From: a virus
DNA: 40,449 nucleotides
Direction: 5' to 3' (one strand)
Virus record (IMG/VR): IMGVR_UViG_3300045988_160722
The notes beneath the pieces were generated by a model. That model worked only from the letters and a program-made list of their open reading frames with translations. It was not told the DNA's origin and did no database searches. Position 1 is the stretch's first letter. The number at the start of each line of letters is the position of its first letter. Both the position numbers and the translations under genes were made by a program. Shown one piece after another: positions 6,672-13,941 of this stretch.

Positions 6672-6916
6672 TTGTTATTAAGCCAATCTTTTACGTTTTG
6701 TCCAGCATTTTTAGTTTTCTCTTGTTCTTTTTGATACTCAGCATATTGTTCAGCATTAGCACCGACTACATAGCTCGTTTCATAGTCAGCTGGTTCATCT
6801 GAATTTACTAATTTAGTACCTACATGAAGAAGCGTCCAACCCTTTTGTAGATGTTCATTAGCGTGCTCGTTTGAGTAAATATCATCAAATTCAAGAGTAA
6901 AAACAATGTTTTTCAT
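6668..6916 (-). CDS. Hypothetical protein, minus-strand accessory gene (cassette 1)
   Basis: 82 aa. AAGGAG SD. Preceded by the conserved 34-nt leader R1. Confidence 0.6.
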   Translation of the reverse strand: MKNIVFTLEFDDIYSNEHANEHLQKGWTLLHVGTKLVNSDEPADYETSYVVGANAEQYAEYQKEQEKTKNAGQNVKDWLNNN

Positions 6917-6929
6917 GACTTAATCATCT

Positions 6930-6963
6930 CCTTATTATCAGATGATTTCAGTTTAGCAGAAAG
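6930..6963. repeat. R1: conserved 34-nt intergenic leader CCTTATTATCAGATGATTTCAGTTTAGCAGAAAG
   Basis: 33/34 identical to 7768-7801. The ends are shared with 8684-8722. Confidence 0.85.
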
Positions 6964-6971
6964 TAATGAAT

Positions 6972-6995
6972 GATGAGGAAGAGTAAAAGAAAAGA
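6972..6995 (+). repeat. Copy C of the junction repeat (GATGAGGAAGAGTAAAAGAAAAGA)
   Basis: The 16-mer is exact, and 23/24 matches copy B. The ATG of copy B is AAG here. Confidence 0.8.
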
Positions 6996-7016
6996 GCAGC
7001 TTGAAAAAACTGCTCC
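6981..7016 (-). terminator. Rho-independent terminator of the 229-aa minus-strand gene
   Basis: GAGCAG (6994-6999) / CTGCTC (7010-7015) stem. On the minus strand it is followed by TTTTCTTTTACTCTT. Confidence 0.55.
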
Positions 7017-7078
7017 GACAGAAATAAGAGAAACAGATAATGTTTATCTCTTAATTGTGGTAATTATCCTAATAACTA

Positions 7079-7768
7079 TTATTCTTTGTTGCCTTTTTCA
7101 TATTCCTTTTGATCTGGTTGCATTTCTGCTTTCTCTCCTAGTATTTTTTGCCATCCGTTAATATGATAAATAATTTTATATTTTTCGTATTTATGTGGGT
7201 GGAAGAGACGGCGCTTGGCTATTCGAAAAGAGATTCCGATAGAAGTGATTGAATTTAATTGCTCTTTATTAGTAATCACAACAGGTAAATCGAATCTAGT
7301 AAAAGAGTTGGCTTTAAAAATTCCGGATTTTTGATCAGGAATGTCAAGTTTATAAAATGTATCACCTACAACATGAATAATATCTTTTTCTTTTGAATTT
7401 ATATAAGTCTTTTTAGTTAAAAGAGATAGGGAATTATCAGTTGCAGGATCAAAAGCATAAAGGTTGAAAAAAGCTAGATCGTTTTTTGAAGGATTTATAA
7501 CAGTAATATTAGCAAGAAAAACTTGATTGTAGGGTGCTATAGGCTGAAAATCTTTATCCATGGCCATAACGGTAGAATCTTGAACGGGAACAATATTCGG
7601 GGCCCAATTAATCGATAAAACTTGTCTGTTTGACCAAAGCGTATAGAGAGAAATTAGGAAAGAAGAAATGGCAAATATATTATCTCCGATCCATGGAAAA
7701 ATATATTTTGATATAGCTCTACAGATACTAGCTGCATTTTGAAGAATATTCTCTATGATTATCACCAC
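7079..7768 (-). CDS. Membrane-anchored hypothetical protein (cassette 2), candidate superinfection-exclusion/defence factor
   Basis: 229 aa. N-terminal TM (IFAISSFLISLYTLW) followed by a beta-rich domain. GTG start with poor SD spacing, so the exact start is uncertain. Preceded by leader R2. Confidence 0.6.
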   Translation of the reverse strand: MVIIIENILQNAASICRAISKYIFPWIGDNIFAISSFLISLYTLWSNRQVLSINWAPNIVPVQDSTVMAMDKDFQPIAPYNQVFLANITVINPSKNDLAFFNLYAFDPATDNSLSLLTKKTYINSKEKDIIHVVGDTFYKLDIPDQKSGIFKANSFTRFDLPVVITNKEQLNSITSIGISFRIAKRRLFHPHKYEKYKIIYHINGWQKILGEKAEMQPDQKEYEKGNKE

Positions 7769-7801
7769 CTTATTATCAGATGATTTTAGTTTAGCAGAAA
7801 G
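7768..7801. repeat. R2: second copy of the conserved 34-nt leader
   Basis: CCTTATTATCAGATGATTTTAGTTTAGCAGAAAG, one mismatch versus R1. Confidence 0.85.
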
Positions 7802-7816
7802 CGAGGTGAACGAAGT

Positions 7817-8026
7817 ATGGAAGAAAAGAATGATATTTCGATTTTAAATTTAATTGAGAAAAACATAGGCAAAATAAAAGCTTCACATAATGTTGAAGCA
7901 AAAAGTTTCTACATTTCTACAATTGAAAAGTTATGTGAAGCATACGATCAACAGATTAGTGCTGAATTAATTAATTCAACAAAAGAAAAGACACTAGCTG
8001 ACAAGCCAATGTCTGAAGAACAATAA
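7817..8026 (+). CDS. Hypothetical protein (MEEK... family, paralogue of 8732..8959)
   Basis: 69 aa. GAGGTGA SD. Shares the conserved 5' UTR, the MEEK start and a YISTI motif with the 8732 ORF. Confidence 0.6.
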   Translation: MEEKNDISILNLIEKNIGKIKASHNVEAKSFYISTIEKLCEAYDQQISAELINSTKEKTLADKPMSEEQ

Positions 8027-8094
8027 GATGAATTCTTTAAAAATGCTGGGATTTTACCCAAGCGAGAATTTTTGGATAAAAAGGAAAGTAAAAA

Positions 8095-8253
8095 ATGATT
8101 GAACTAGCTGTAGTAGCAATGTGGGTATTTGGATTAATAATTGTAACTTTGATGAGTTATGAGAAAACAAAAAACACCACATTGAATGTAGTGTCGGTAA
8201 TTTTAATTCTCATAGTTACAACAATTATTGTTGCTTCTTTAAGTCATAGTTAA
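8095..8253 (+). CDS. Possible 52-aa two-TM membrane peptide
   Basis: Below the track cutoff. AAAGGAAAG SD 7 nt upstream. MIELAVVAMWVFGLIIVTLM...VVSVILILIVTTIIVASL. The 3' end overlaps the converging 148-aa gene by 29 nt. Confidence 0.35.
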   Translation: MIELAVVAMWVFGLIIVTLMSYEKTKNTTLNVVSVILILIVTTIIVASLSHS

Positions 8254-8671
8254 ATGCTCTCAAGGTAGCAAGAACAGACTCATTAGCTGTATCAAAATCG
8301 TTTCGATCAGCCCCATATTCACCAGCTTTAGCGATTTTTGACAAAGTATCGTTAACTAATTTTTTCTCTTCTGAATTACAAATTGGTAATACTTGACCAG
8401 CTGATTTTTGCGCTTGTCTTAGATTGTTTATGTCATCAAATTGGTTAAGGCAAGAAGCTAAATCGCCTAGAAAATTAGAAATTAAATTATTTTTGAAATC
8501 TTGCATCGCTTGATTTCTCTTAAGTTTTTCATTTTCTTGCGCAAACTTTTGCTTGGTCAATTCTAACTCTTTAACAGTTTTGTTATTACTTCGATTATTC
8601 AGAAAAGTAACAACAGAGGCTACTACAGCAACAATGATGCTACCAATTTGACTAATTAATGCCCAGTTCAT
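8225..8671 (-). CDS. Membrane-anchored coiled-coil hypothetical protein (cassette 3)
   Basis: 148 aa. N-terminal TM (ISQIGSIIVAVVASVVTFL). AAGGAG SD. Preceded by the partial leader R3. Confidence 0.65.
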   Translation of the reverse strand: MNWALISQIGSIIVAVVASVVTFLNNRSNNKTVKELELTKQKFAQENEKLKRNQAMQDFKNNLISNFLGDLASCLNQFDDINNLRQAQKSAGQVLPICNSEEKKLVNDTLSKIAKAGEYGADRNDFDTANESVLATLRAFNYDLKKQQ

Positions 8672-8683
8672 TTAACTATATAC

Positions 8684-8722
8684 TCCTTATTAATTCTATT
8701 GAAATTATAGCAGAAAGCGAGA
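8684..8722. repeat. R3: partial third copy of the conserved leader
   Basis: CTCCTTATTA...TAGCAGAAAGCGAGATGA shares both ends with R2 (CCTTATTA and TAGCAGAAAGCGAGGTGA). Confidence 0.6.
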
Positions 8723-8731
8723 TGAGCAGGG

Positions 8732-8959
8732 ATGGAAGAAAAGAAAATTAGCATAGATAAAGAAATATTAAAAATGATAGAACATACTGCTAACATTGCT
8801 GCAATGACTGGTAGCAGGAAGAATTATGGAATTTATATTAGTACAATTTCAAGCTTATCAAATGTACTTACTGTTTTAGGTAATTTAGAAAAAGAGCCGT
8901 CGAATAAAATTAAAGTTTATGGTAGCGGTCAAATATCAGCTGAAATTGAAGATAAATAA
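8732..8959 (+). CDS. Hypothetical protein (MEEK... family paralogue)
   Basis: 75 aa. Conserved leader and N-terminus shared with 7817..8026. Weak SD. Confidence 0.5.
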   Translation: MEEKKISIDKEILKMIEHTANIAAMTGSRKNYGIYISTISSLSNVLTVLGNLEKEPSNKIKVYGSGQISAEIEDK

Positions 8960-8994
8960 ATCACAATCGGAGGTAATAAAAGAGGTATCCAGAT

Positions 8995-9315
8995 ATGAGT
9001 TTATCAGAAGAAGATATTAAACGAATTGCTAATGAAGTATATGAACTACAAAAGCGAGATAAACAATTTACTGTCAAAAAACCAGTATATAGCAAAGAAT
9101 GGATCAAGTTGAGCAAAGAGATTGATGCTTGGTGCCATGAAAATAAAGATGGTTATGGTGCTGGATATCAAACGTTGCACGATCAAATTTATGGAGCAAT
9201 TAGATTTGTAACTGGTTGTAGTCGTATTAAGAGTTTAACTAAATATGATATACCGGCAGCTAGATTTATCTTTGAGCAAATGACATCTGAATTTAAGAAA
9301 AATAGAGGTAAATAA
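8995..9315 (+). CDS. Hypothetical protein
   Basis: 106 aa. AGAGGTA SD. Confidence 0.6.
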   Translation: MSLSEEDIKRIANEVYELQKRDKQFTVKKPVYSKEWIKLSKEIDAWCHENKDGYGAGYQTLHDQIYGAIRFVTGCSRIKSLTKYDIPAARFIFEQMTSEFKKNRGK

Positions 9316-9317
9316 AA

Positions 9318-9434
9318 ATGGATGAAGAATTTATCAATGCCTTACGTGATTACACATTAAAACAAATGAAAGAAGAGAAGTCACCAGTATTAATCAGCAA
9401 GTTAGTTGCTGAACTGATGGAGTTGCAAAGGTAG
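9318..9434 (+). CDS. Hypothetical 38-aa protein
   Basis: Below the track cutoff. GAGGTAA SD 6 nt upstream. Fills the gap between flanking genes. Confidence 0.4.
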   Translation: MDEEFINALRDYTLKQMKEEKSPVLISKLVAELMELQR

Positions 9435-9444
9435 GTGAGCAGAG

Positions 9445-9696
9445 ATGGCTATAAAAGGTGCAATAAAAGATATGTCTAAAATGGGCGATATTTTAACGCC
9501 TAAGGAAGTTGAAAAGAAGTATAGCTGGTCATACTCAACGTGGCGAAGAAGACGCGAGGAGTGCTTAGTTTCTCCATATAAAGATGCAATTGTAATGGAG
9601 AGCCAACGAAGATGTCATGTTAAGGCTAAAAGGTTTGAAGAGTTTCTAGATTGGAAGTCACAACAAATTTATAATGAGCAGTTTGGGTTAGTTTAG
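9445..9696 (+). CDS. Putative DNA-binding protein (excisionase/MerR-like HTH)
   Basis: ILTPKEVEKKYSWSYSTWRRRREE resembles excisionase-family HTH. Weak assignment. Confidence 0.35.
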   Translation: MAIKGAIKDMSKMGDILTPKEVEKKYSWSYSTWRRRREECLVSPYKDAIVMESQRRCHVKAKRFEEFLDWKSQQIYNEQFGLV

Positions 9697-9706
9697 GAGT
9701 TTAAAA

Positions 9707-9877
9707 ATGTATAAAACAGATATTTTAATTTCAAAATGGTTTAACAAGAAGGTCAATGATTTCTTCAAAACAAATTTGAGTACAAGAGAAAGTGACATCT
9801 TCATGTTCACTGGAATCTTTTCAACATTAGTAATTTTCATGATTCTCTTCTATTGCGTAATCATGCCGAACTTATAG
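9707..9877 (+). CDS. Hypothetical 56-aa protein with C-terminal TM
   Basis: Below the track cutoff. AGGAG SD 7 nt upstream. C-terminal hydrophobic segment FTGIFSTLVIFMILFYCVIM. Confidence 0.45.
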   Translation: MYKTDILISKWFNKKVNDFFKTNLSTRESDIFMFTGIFSTLVIFMILFYCVIMPNL

Positions 9878-9887
9878 GAGGGATGAA

Positions 9888-10085
9888 ATGCTCAGTATTA
9901 AAACAATGAATAAGCTTGTTCTAAACTCTAATGTTTATCAAATAAAGCAGCCGATTCAAAAAGATAGATATACAGTGCTGTTTGAAAAAGAGTTAGAAAA
10001 AAGCCCATCGCTAACGGTAATTAGTGATGGACTTACAAAAAATGAATTTCATATTGATTATAGCATGTGCACTATCAGGCGGTGA
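9888..10085 (+). CDS. Hypothetical protein
   Basis: 65 aa. GGAGGGA SD. Confidence 0.55.
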   Translation: MLSIKTMNKLVLNSNVYQIKQPIQKDRYTVLFEKELEKSPSLTVISDGLTKNEFHIDYSMCTIRR

Positions 10086-10090
10086 ACAAG

Positions 10091-10813
10091 ATGGTACGGA
10101 TTAAAAAGGTTTATGACAAAAATTATACCGTTATTGGAAACACTTCTATAAATGATAGCGGGTTGTATTTAGCAGATAAGGGAATGCTTGAATATTTGTG
10201 GTCAAAGCCTGACGATTGGGATTTCTATGCAAGAGAAGTAGCAAAGCATCAGAAGGACGGGATAGATGGAGTAAATACTGCATTACGTCACTTAGAAGAA
10301 AATGGTTATTTATATAGGGGTCGAGTTAGAAATGAAAAAGGACAGCTTAAGGGAAGCAAGTGGCTTTTATCAGAAACTCCAAAAAAAGAATGGAGTGAAT
10401 ATTATCAAAAGAAATGCGAAAAAAGAAAGAAAAAGCCTAAAGTGGAAAAGCCAATACAGGCTAAACCTAAACAGGAAAATCCAGAACTACTAAATACTAA
10501 CCAAACTAAATACTCATCTAACAAAATAAAGAACTTTACTAAATCTCTCTCTAAAGAAGAGAAAGAGAGAGACCAAGAATTAATTGAAATATTAATCAAT
10601 TATCTTAATGAGTTTGCTAACAGATGGCGTAGAGAACCAATTACTTTCTCAGAAAAAGAATATGACAAGTTAGTTAAAGCTGTTCATGGTAAAGATGTTG
10701 GATTACTAAGAAAAGCAGCAGAAAAAACAGTTATTTATAGTGAGCAATATCCACAGGGCTATCTGCTGAACTGTATCAAGAATTTACCAGATATGAAAGA
10801 AGAGAGTGCATGA
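10091..10813 (+). CDS. Putative replication initiator / replisome organizer (winged-helix N-terminal domain)
   Basis: YTVIGNTSINDSGLYLADKGMLEYLWSKPDDWDFYAREVAKHQKDGIDGVNTALRHLEENGYLYR resembles plasmid/phage initiator winged-helix domains. Lys-rich linker with DNA repeats. ATG 10091 preferred. Confidence 0.45.
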   Translation: MVRIKKVYDKNYTVIGNTSINDSGLYLADKGMLEYLWSKPDDWDFYAREVAKHQKDGIDGVNTALRHLEENGYLYRGRVRNEKGQLKGSKWLLSETPKKEWSEYYQKKCEKRKKKPKVEKPIQAKPKQENPELLNTNQTKYSSNKIKNFTKSLSKEEKERDQELIEILINYLNEFANRWRREPITFSEKEYDKLVKAVHGKDVGLLRKAAEKTVIYSEQYPQGYLLNCIKNLPDMKEESA

Positions 10814-11160
10814 TGGATAAATACATTTATAGCAAGTCATGGTATGGACGCCGAATAGTAGTTAAGCAGCTTGCTTATAAGGATATAGGACCGTACTTTG
10901 CCGGATACATTGAATTAAAGAAAGATGATCCTAAGGATTGGTTGAGACATGCTGGGGTGGGAGATCAGGATTATTTTTATGGAGTTGATCCTTTTACTGC
11001 GTTTCCAGGATGTCCTACATTTGCTGGACATCTATTAGATGATGAACATCATATCTACGTTGGATTTGATACGCAAGAATTCGCAGCTGCATACGACAGG
11101 GATGACTGCATTGAAATTTTAAAAGAGGTAGCAAAAAAATTAGCATCCCTCAATAAATAG
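10810..11160 (+). CDS. Hypothetical protein
   Basis: 116 aa. The start overlaps the upstream stop (ATGA). Confidence 0.55.
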   Translation: MMDKYIYSKSWYGRRIVVKQLAYKDIGPYFAGYIELKKDDPKDWLRHAGVGDQDYFYGVDPFTAFPGCPTFAGHLLDDEHHIYVGFDTQEFAAAYDRDDCIEILKEVAKKLASLNK

Positions 11161-11186
11161 AAATTAAGAAAGGCAAGAAGAAAAAA

Positions 11187-11519
11187 ATGGGAAGATACAA
11201 TTTTAAAAATTATGAATACAGCAGAAAAGACAATTTAAACAGTAATTTAGATATTAATAAGCTTTCTAAAGAGCTAGTTAACAGGCCGTTAAACTCATCA
11301 TATCGAAAGAATGATTCTTACAAAGTGGGAGTTGTCTTATATTTTATGAGTGGCCAAACATATAAGACACCAGAATTTACAGTTGACGATATTTATGATG
11401 CACTGCAACGAAATAAACGCTGGCTTGATCAAGAAAATGGCGGAGCAATTAATCTAGGCTATGTTGTAAGATACAGTCCTTATAAGTTTTATGAAAGGTC
11501 AGAACATGGTAGAGCTTAA
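11187..11519 (+). CDS. Hypothetical protein
   Basis: 110-aa ORF in the operon frame. Confidence 0.5.
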   Translation: MGRYNFKNYEYSRKDNLNSNLDINKLSKELVNRPLNSSYRKNDSYKVGVVLYFMSGQTYKTPEFTVDDIYDALQRNKRWLDQENGGAINLGYVVRYSPYKFYERSEHGRA

Positions 11520-12165
11520 GTTTGCATGGAGAAAAGAAAAGCGTGAGGGTTTACCTAAAGAAGATCAGGAAGATCTTAGTTTAGATCATCAGAAAAGGCA
11601 TATTGATTTTCTTAAAAGACTTGACCGAATTATCAAAGTGGAAAAGAAAAATGGCTCTTTAGTAAATGTACCAGATAGTAATAAAGATTTAGTTGAAATC
11701 CAGCGTGAAAATAATATGTTTTTTGACGATAAAAGGGAAAGTAGCCTTGATCCAGAAAAGCTAGATGCCATTATAGACTGTATCACTAAAGGCTTTTCGC
11801 TCACTGATACAACTCATTTAGCGCATTGCAGTGCGACTACTGTTAAACATGCTATGTGCAATGCTGGGCTCTCTCTTAGACCTCCACTTAGATATCGACT
11901 TAAAGCTATCCAAAATGGAAAAATTGACTTCTATGCAAGAAACACTAGGCAATTAAGCAATTATACTGATCTAAGCTTTCACAAGTTGAAAAACAAAGAG
12001 CTATTGAAGCTAAAAGGATATCGTTTAAGCAAAATTCATAAGCTTTGGTATCAAATTCCAAATAATGTTTTTTATTCAGCAAATAATTCAGAGACTATTT
12101 ATTTGAAAAAAGGCATTAATAGCTTTGAAAATAAAGAATTTATAGTTCAAAAAGAGGTGAGATAA
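11506..12165 (+). CDS. Hypothetical protein, possible HTH
   Basis: ATG 11506 with AAAGG SD. KGFSLTDTTHLAHCSATTVKHAM resembles a short HTH. Confidence 0.5.
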   Translation: MVELKFAWRKEKREGLPKEDQEDLSLDHQKRHIDFLKRLDRIIKVEKKNGSLVNVPDSNKDLVEIQRENNMFFDDKRESSLDPEKLDAIIDCITKGFSLTDTTHLAHCSATTVKHAMCNAGLSLRPPLRYRLKAIQNGKIDFYARNTRQLSNYTDLSFHKLKNKELLKLKGYRLSKIHKLWYQIPNNVFYSANNSETIYLKKGINSFENKEFIVQKEVR

Positions 12166-12426
12166 TTGCCGAGCAAGATAAGGCACATAAAGTTTTATAA
12201 ATATTTCAAGGAATGGGTGGACACGTATAAAGTAGGACAAGTTCGACCAGTAACTCTAAACAAATATTATTTAGTTGAAAGGCGCTTGAAGGAACTTGTG
12301 CCTGATTTAGATCTTGGAGACATGACTAGAGCTGACGTTCAAAGATTAATCAATGAATATGGTAAAACGCATGAATATCCAGCTGAAATTAAAAATTATA
12401 TGGAAGCTTTGACTATTAGAGAATGA
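12166..12426 (+). pseudogene. Integrase N-terminal (SAM-like) domain fragment
   Basis: FKEWVDTYKVGQVRPVTLNKYYLVERRLKELVPDLDLGDMTRADVQRLINEYGKTH matches the N-terminal arm/SAM-like region of phage tyrosine integrases. TTG start. No catalytic domain follows. Confidence 0.55.
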
Positions 12427-12441
12427 GATGCAGGTGATTGA

Positions 12442-12642
12442 ATGATGCTTTGCAGTGCAGTTGCCTTTGTAGAAGGCTATGATCCTAAAATTAAACTAAG
12501 TCAAAAACAGTTACTTAATATGGTGCATCAAATTAAGCCTAATGAGCCTTTACCAAAAGAAATAGATGGCTATAAGGTTAAACCTTGCGATGATTATTCG
12601 AAAAGATATTTAATTTATATTTTTTACAGATTGGAGAACTAA
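12442..12642 (+). CDS. Hypothetical protein
   Basis: 66 aa. AGGTGA SD. Confidence 0.5.
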   Translation: MMLCSAVAFVEGYDPKIKLSQKQLLNMVHQIKPNEPLPKEIDGYKVKPCDDYSKRYLIYIFYRLEN

Positions 12643-12649
12643 ATATAGA

Positions 12650-12844
12650 ATGCTAGCAACAGATAATAAATGTAAATACTGTCAAGGTAATGAACCGCTG
12701 GTAAGTTTTGATGATACTCCAATACAAATTTACATGGGTTTCAATGAAGATTCAGCTTTATCGGTTGATGTGGATTCTGCAATTTACAATTTAACTTTTG
12801 AAATTCAAGCAATTTATTTCCCAATGTGCGGGAGGAAACTGTGA
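12650..12844 (+). CDS. Hypothetical protein with CxxC...C motif
   Basis: 64 aa. CKYC ... PMCG. Confidence 0.5.
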   Translation: MLATDNKCKYCQGNEPLVSFDDTPIQIYMGFNEDSALSVDVDSAIYNLTFEIQAIYFPMCGRKL

Positions 12845-13020
12845 AAATTAGAGTTTATTGGGAATATCCAGATTTTGCTACGCATTTAGGCGAACAAAAT
12901 TACGAAGATATTGAATTACCAGATGATTACACCGAAGAAGAAATTGAAAAAGAAGTTGCAGAAGTAGCGTTAGAACACTTTGGCTGGAGCGATGAAATTT
13001 TGACTAAGGAGAAAAAATAA
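12841..13020 (+). CDS. Hypothetical acidic protein
   Basis: GTG 12841 with GGAGGA SD, preferred over GTG 12826. Confidence 0.5.
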   Translation: MKIRVYWEYPDFATHLGEQNYEDIELPDDYTEEEIEKEVAEVALEHFGWSDEILTKEKK

Positions 13021-13310
13021 TGTTTTTAAGTGGCGAAGATTGGAAATGTCCTAAATGTAAAACTGAAAATTATATTGGAGATAGTGTAAACGATGTGGCT
13101 ACATCAAAAAGTTTAGAATATCTTGAAAATTATAATATTGAAGTACCATTTATTTGCGATAAGTGTGGTTTTAAAGAAGTATTACTAGTTGCGTATGACT
13201 TAGCTAAAAACCGTTACAAAGTTGATTATGAAGATACGGCATTTTGTAATAAAGACAAAAAATGGAGAGATAGATTATTAAAAGAAGCTGGGTTAATTAA
13301 GGAGAATTAA
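13020..13310 (+). CDS. Hypothetical zinc-ribbon protein
   Basis: CPKC...CDKC pairs. AAGGAG SD. Confidence 0.55.
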   Translation: MFLSGEDWKCPKCKTENYIGDSVNDVATSKSLEYLENYNIEVPFICDKCGFKEVLLVAYDLAKNRYKVDYEDTAFCNKDKKWRDRLLKEAGLIKEN

Positions 13311-13314
13311 ATAA

Positions 13315-13425
13315 ATGACAGTACATGAATTAAAAATTTTACCTAAGTACTTTAAAGCACAAAAAGATGGCTATGTTGTGCTAGGAACCAAGTTGGCAGA
13401 ATTAAGACTAGGTCTAAAAGAATAG
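13315..13425 (+). pseudogene. Truncated DUF3850/ASCH-like N-terminal fragment
   Basis: MTVHELKILPKYFKAQKDG resembles the conserved N-terminus of DUF3850 (HELKIxPxYF). The ORF stops after 36 aa. Confidence 0.35.
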
Positions 13426-13463
13426 CAGCAAAAATAATGGCATAAAAGGAGTAAATAAAGCAT

Positions 13464-13691
13464 ATGAAAGATTTACCTGATGTCTATGGTTGGAATGATC
13501 CATACGATATTTTAAATGCGTTTGATACAAATATTTATAAAGATAAATTTGGAGTTAAATATGTGACTTCTGCAAGTGAGCAAATGCTTTTATTTAAAGT
13601 TAATGGACGCTATGTGCTTCCTCATAAAAATGATTTGGTTAAGTACAAAGGCAACGGAAAATGGGAGATGGGCTGGAGCGATGAAAGTTAA
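13464..13691 (+). CDS. Hypothetical protein
   Basis: 75 aa. AAGGAG SD. Confidence 0.55.
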   Translation: MKDLPDVYGWNDPYDILNAFDTNIYKDKFGVKYVTSASEQMLLFKVNGRYVLPHKNDLVKYKGNGKWEMGWSDES

Positions 13692-13848
13692 AACAATTGG
13701 TGAGATAAATACATGTACTTTAGATAAGCAAATAAATGAATTTATTAAAGGAAAACATGTGATTGACATTAAATTCAGTAGTTTCTTTGATGAAATAGAA
13801 GGTGCCAGTTTTTCAGCGCTTATCATGTATGAAGAAATAGGGATTTAA
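13681..13848 (+). CDS. Cse60-like small protein
   Basis: MKVKTIGEINTCTLDKQINEFIKGKHVIDIKFS...SALIMYEE resembles the Cse60 family pattern. Start taken at the internal ATG 13681 of track ORF 13576..13848. Confidence 0.4.
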   Translation: MKVKTIGEINTCTLDKQINEFIKGKHVIDIKFSSFFDEIEGASFSALIMYEEIGI

Positions 13849-13941
13849 CTGTGTATGATTGGATTTTCGCAGCAGTATTCTTAATTCTGCTAGGTGTAGT
13901 GATTTTGTACGTGGGGAATTTATAGAATAGGGAAACAATAT

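Noticed and set aside
6970-7161. 63-aa plus-strand ORF (MMRKSKRKEQ...) with hydrophobic C-terminus
   Set aside because: It starts inside the repeated junction sequence, runs through the minus-strand terminator hairpin (6994-7015) and overlaps the 3' end of the 229-aa gene by 83 nt. Its hydrophobicity comes from T-rich antisense codons. Probably not a gene.
6930-8722. Whether the repeated 34-nt elements could be a CRISPR array or MITE-like elements
   Set aside because: There are only two to three copies, spaced about 840-920 bp apart with genes between them. There is no regular repeat-spacer periodicity and no terminal inverted repeats or target-site duplications. They are shared intergenic leaders.
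10302-10599. ORFs 10302..10493 (+) and 10405..10599 (-) inside the replication initiator gene
   Set aside because: Alternative-frame and antisense readings of the Lys-rich linker. No SDs. The region is better explained as initiator coding sequence with possible iterons.
13576-13680. N-terminal 35-codon extension of the 13576..13848 ORF
   Set aside because: The extension lies entirely inside the 13464..13691 gene in another frame and is Cys/Phe-rich. The conserved Cse60-like sequence starts at ATG 13681.
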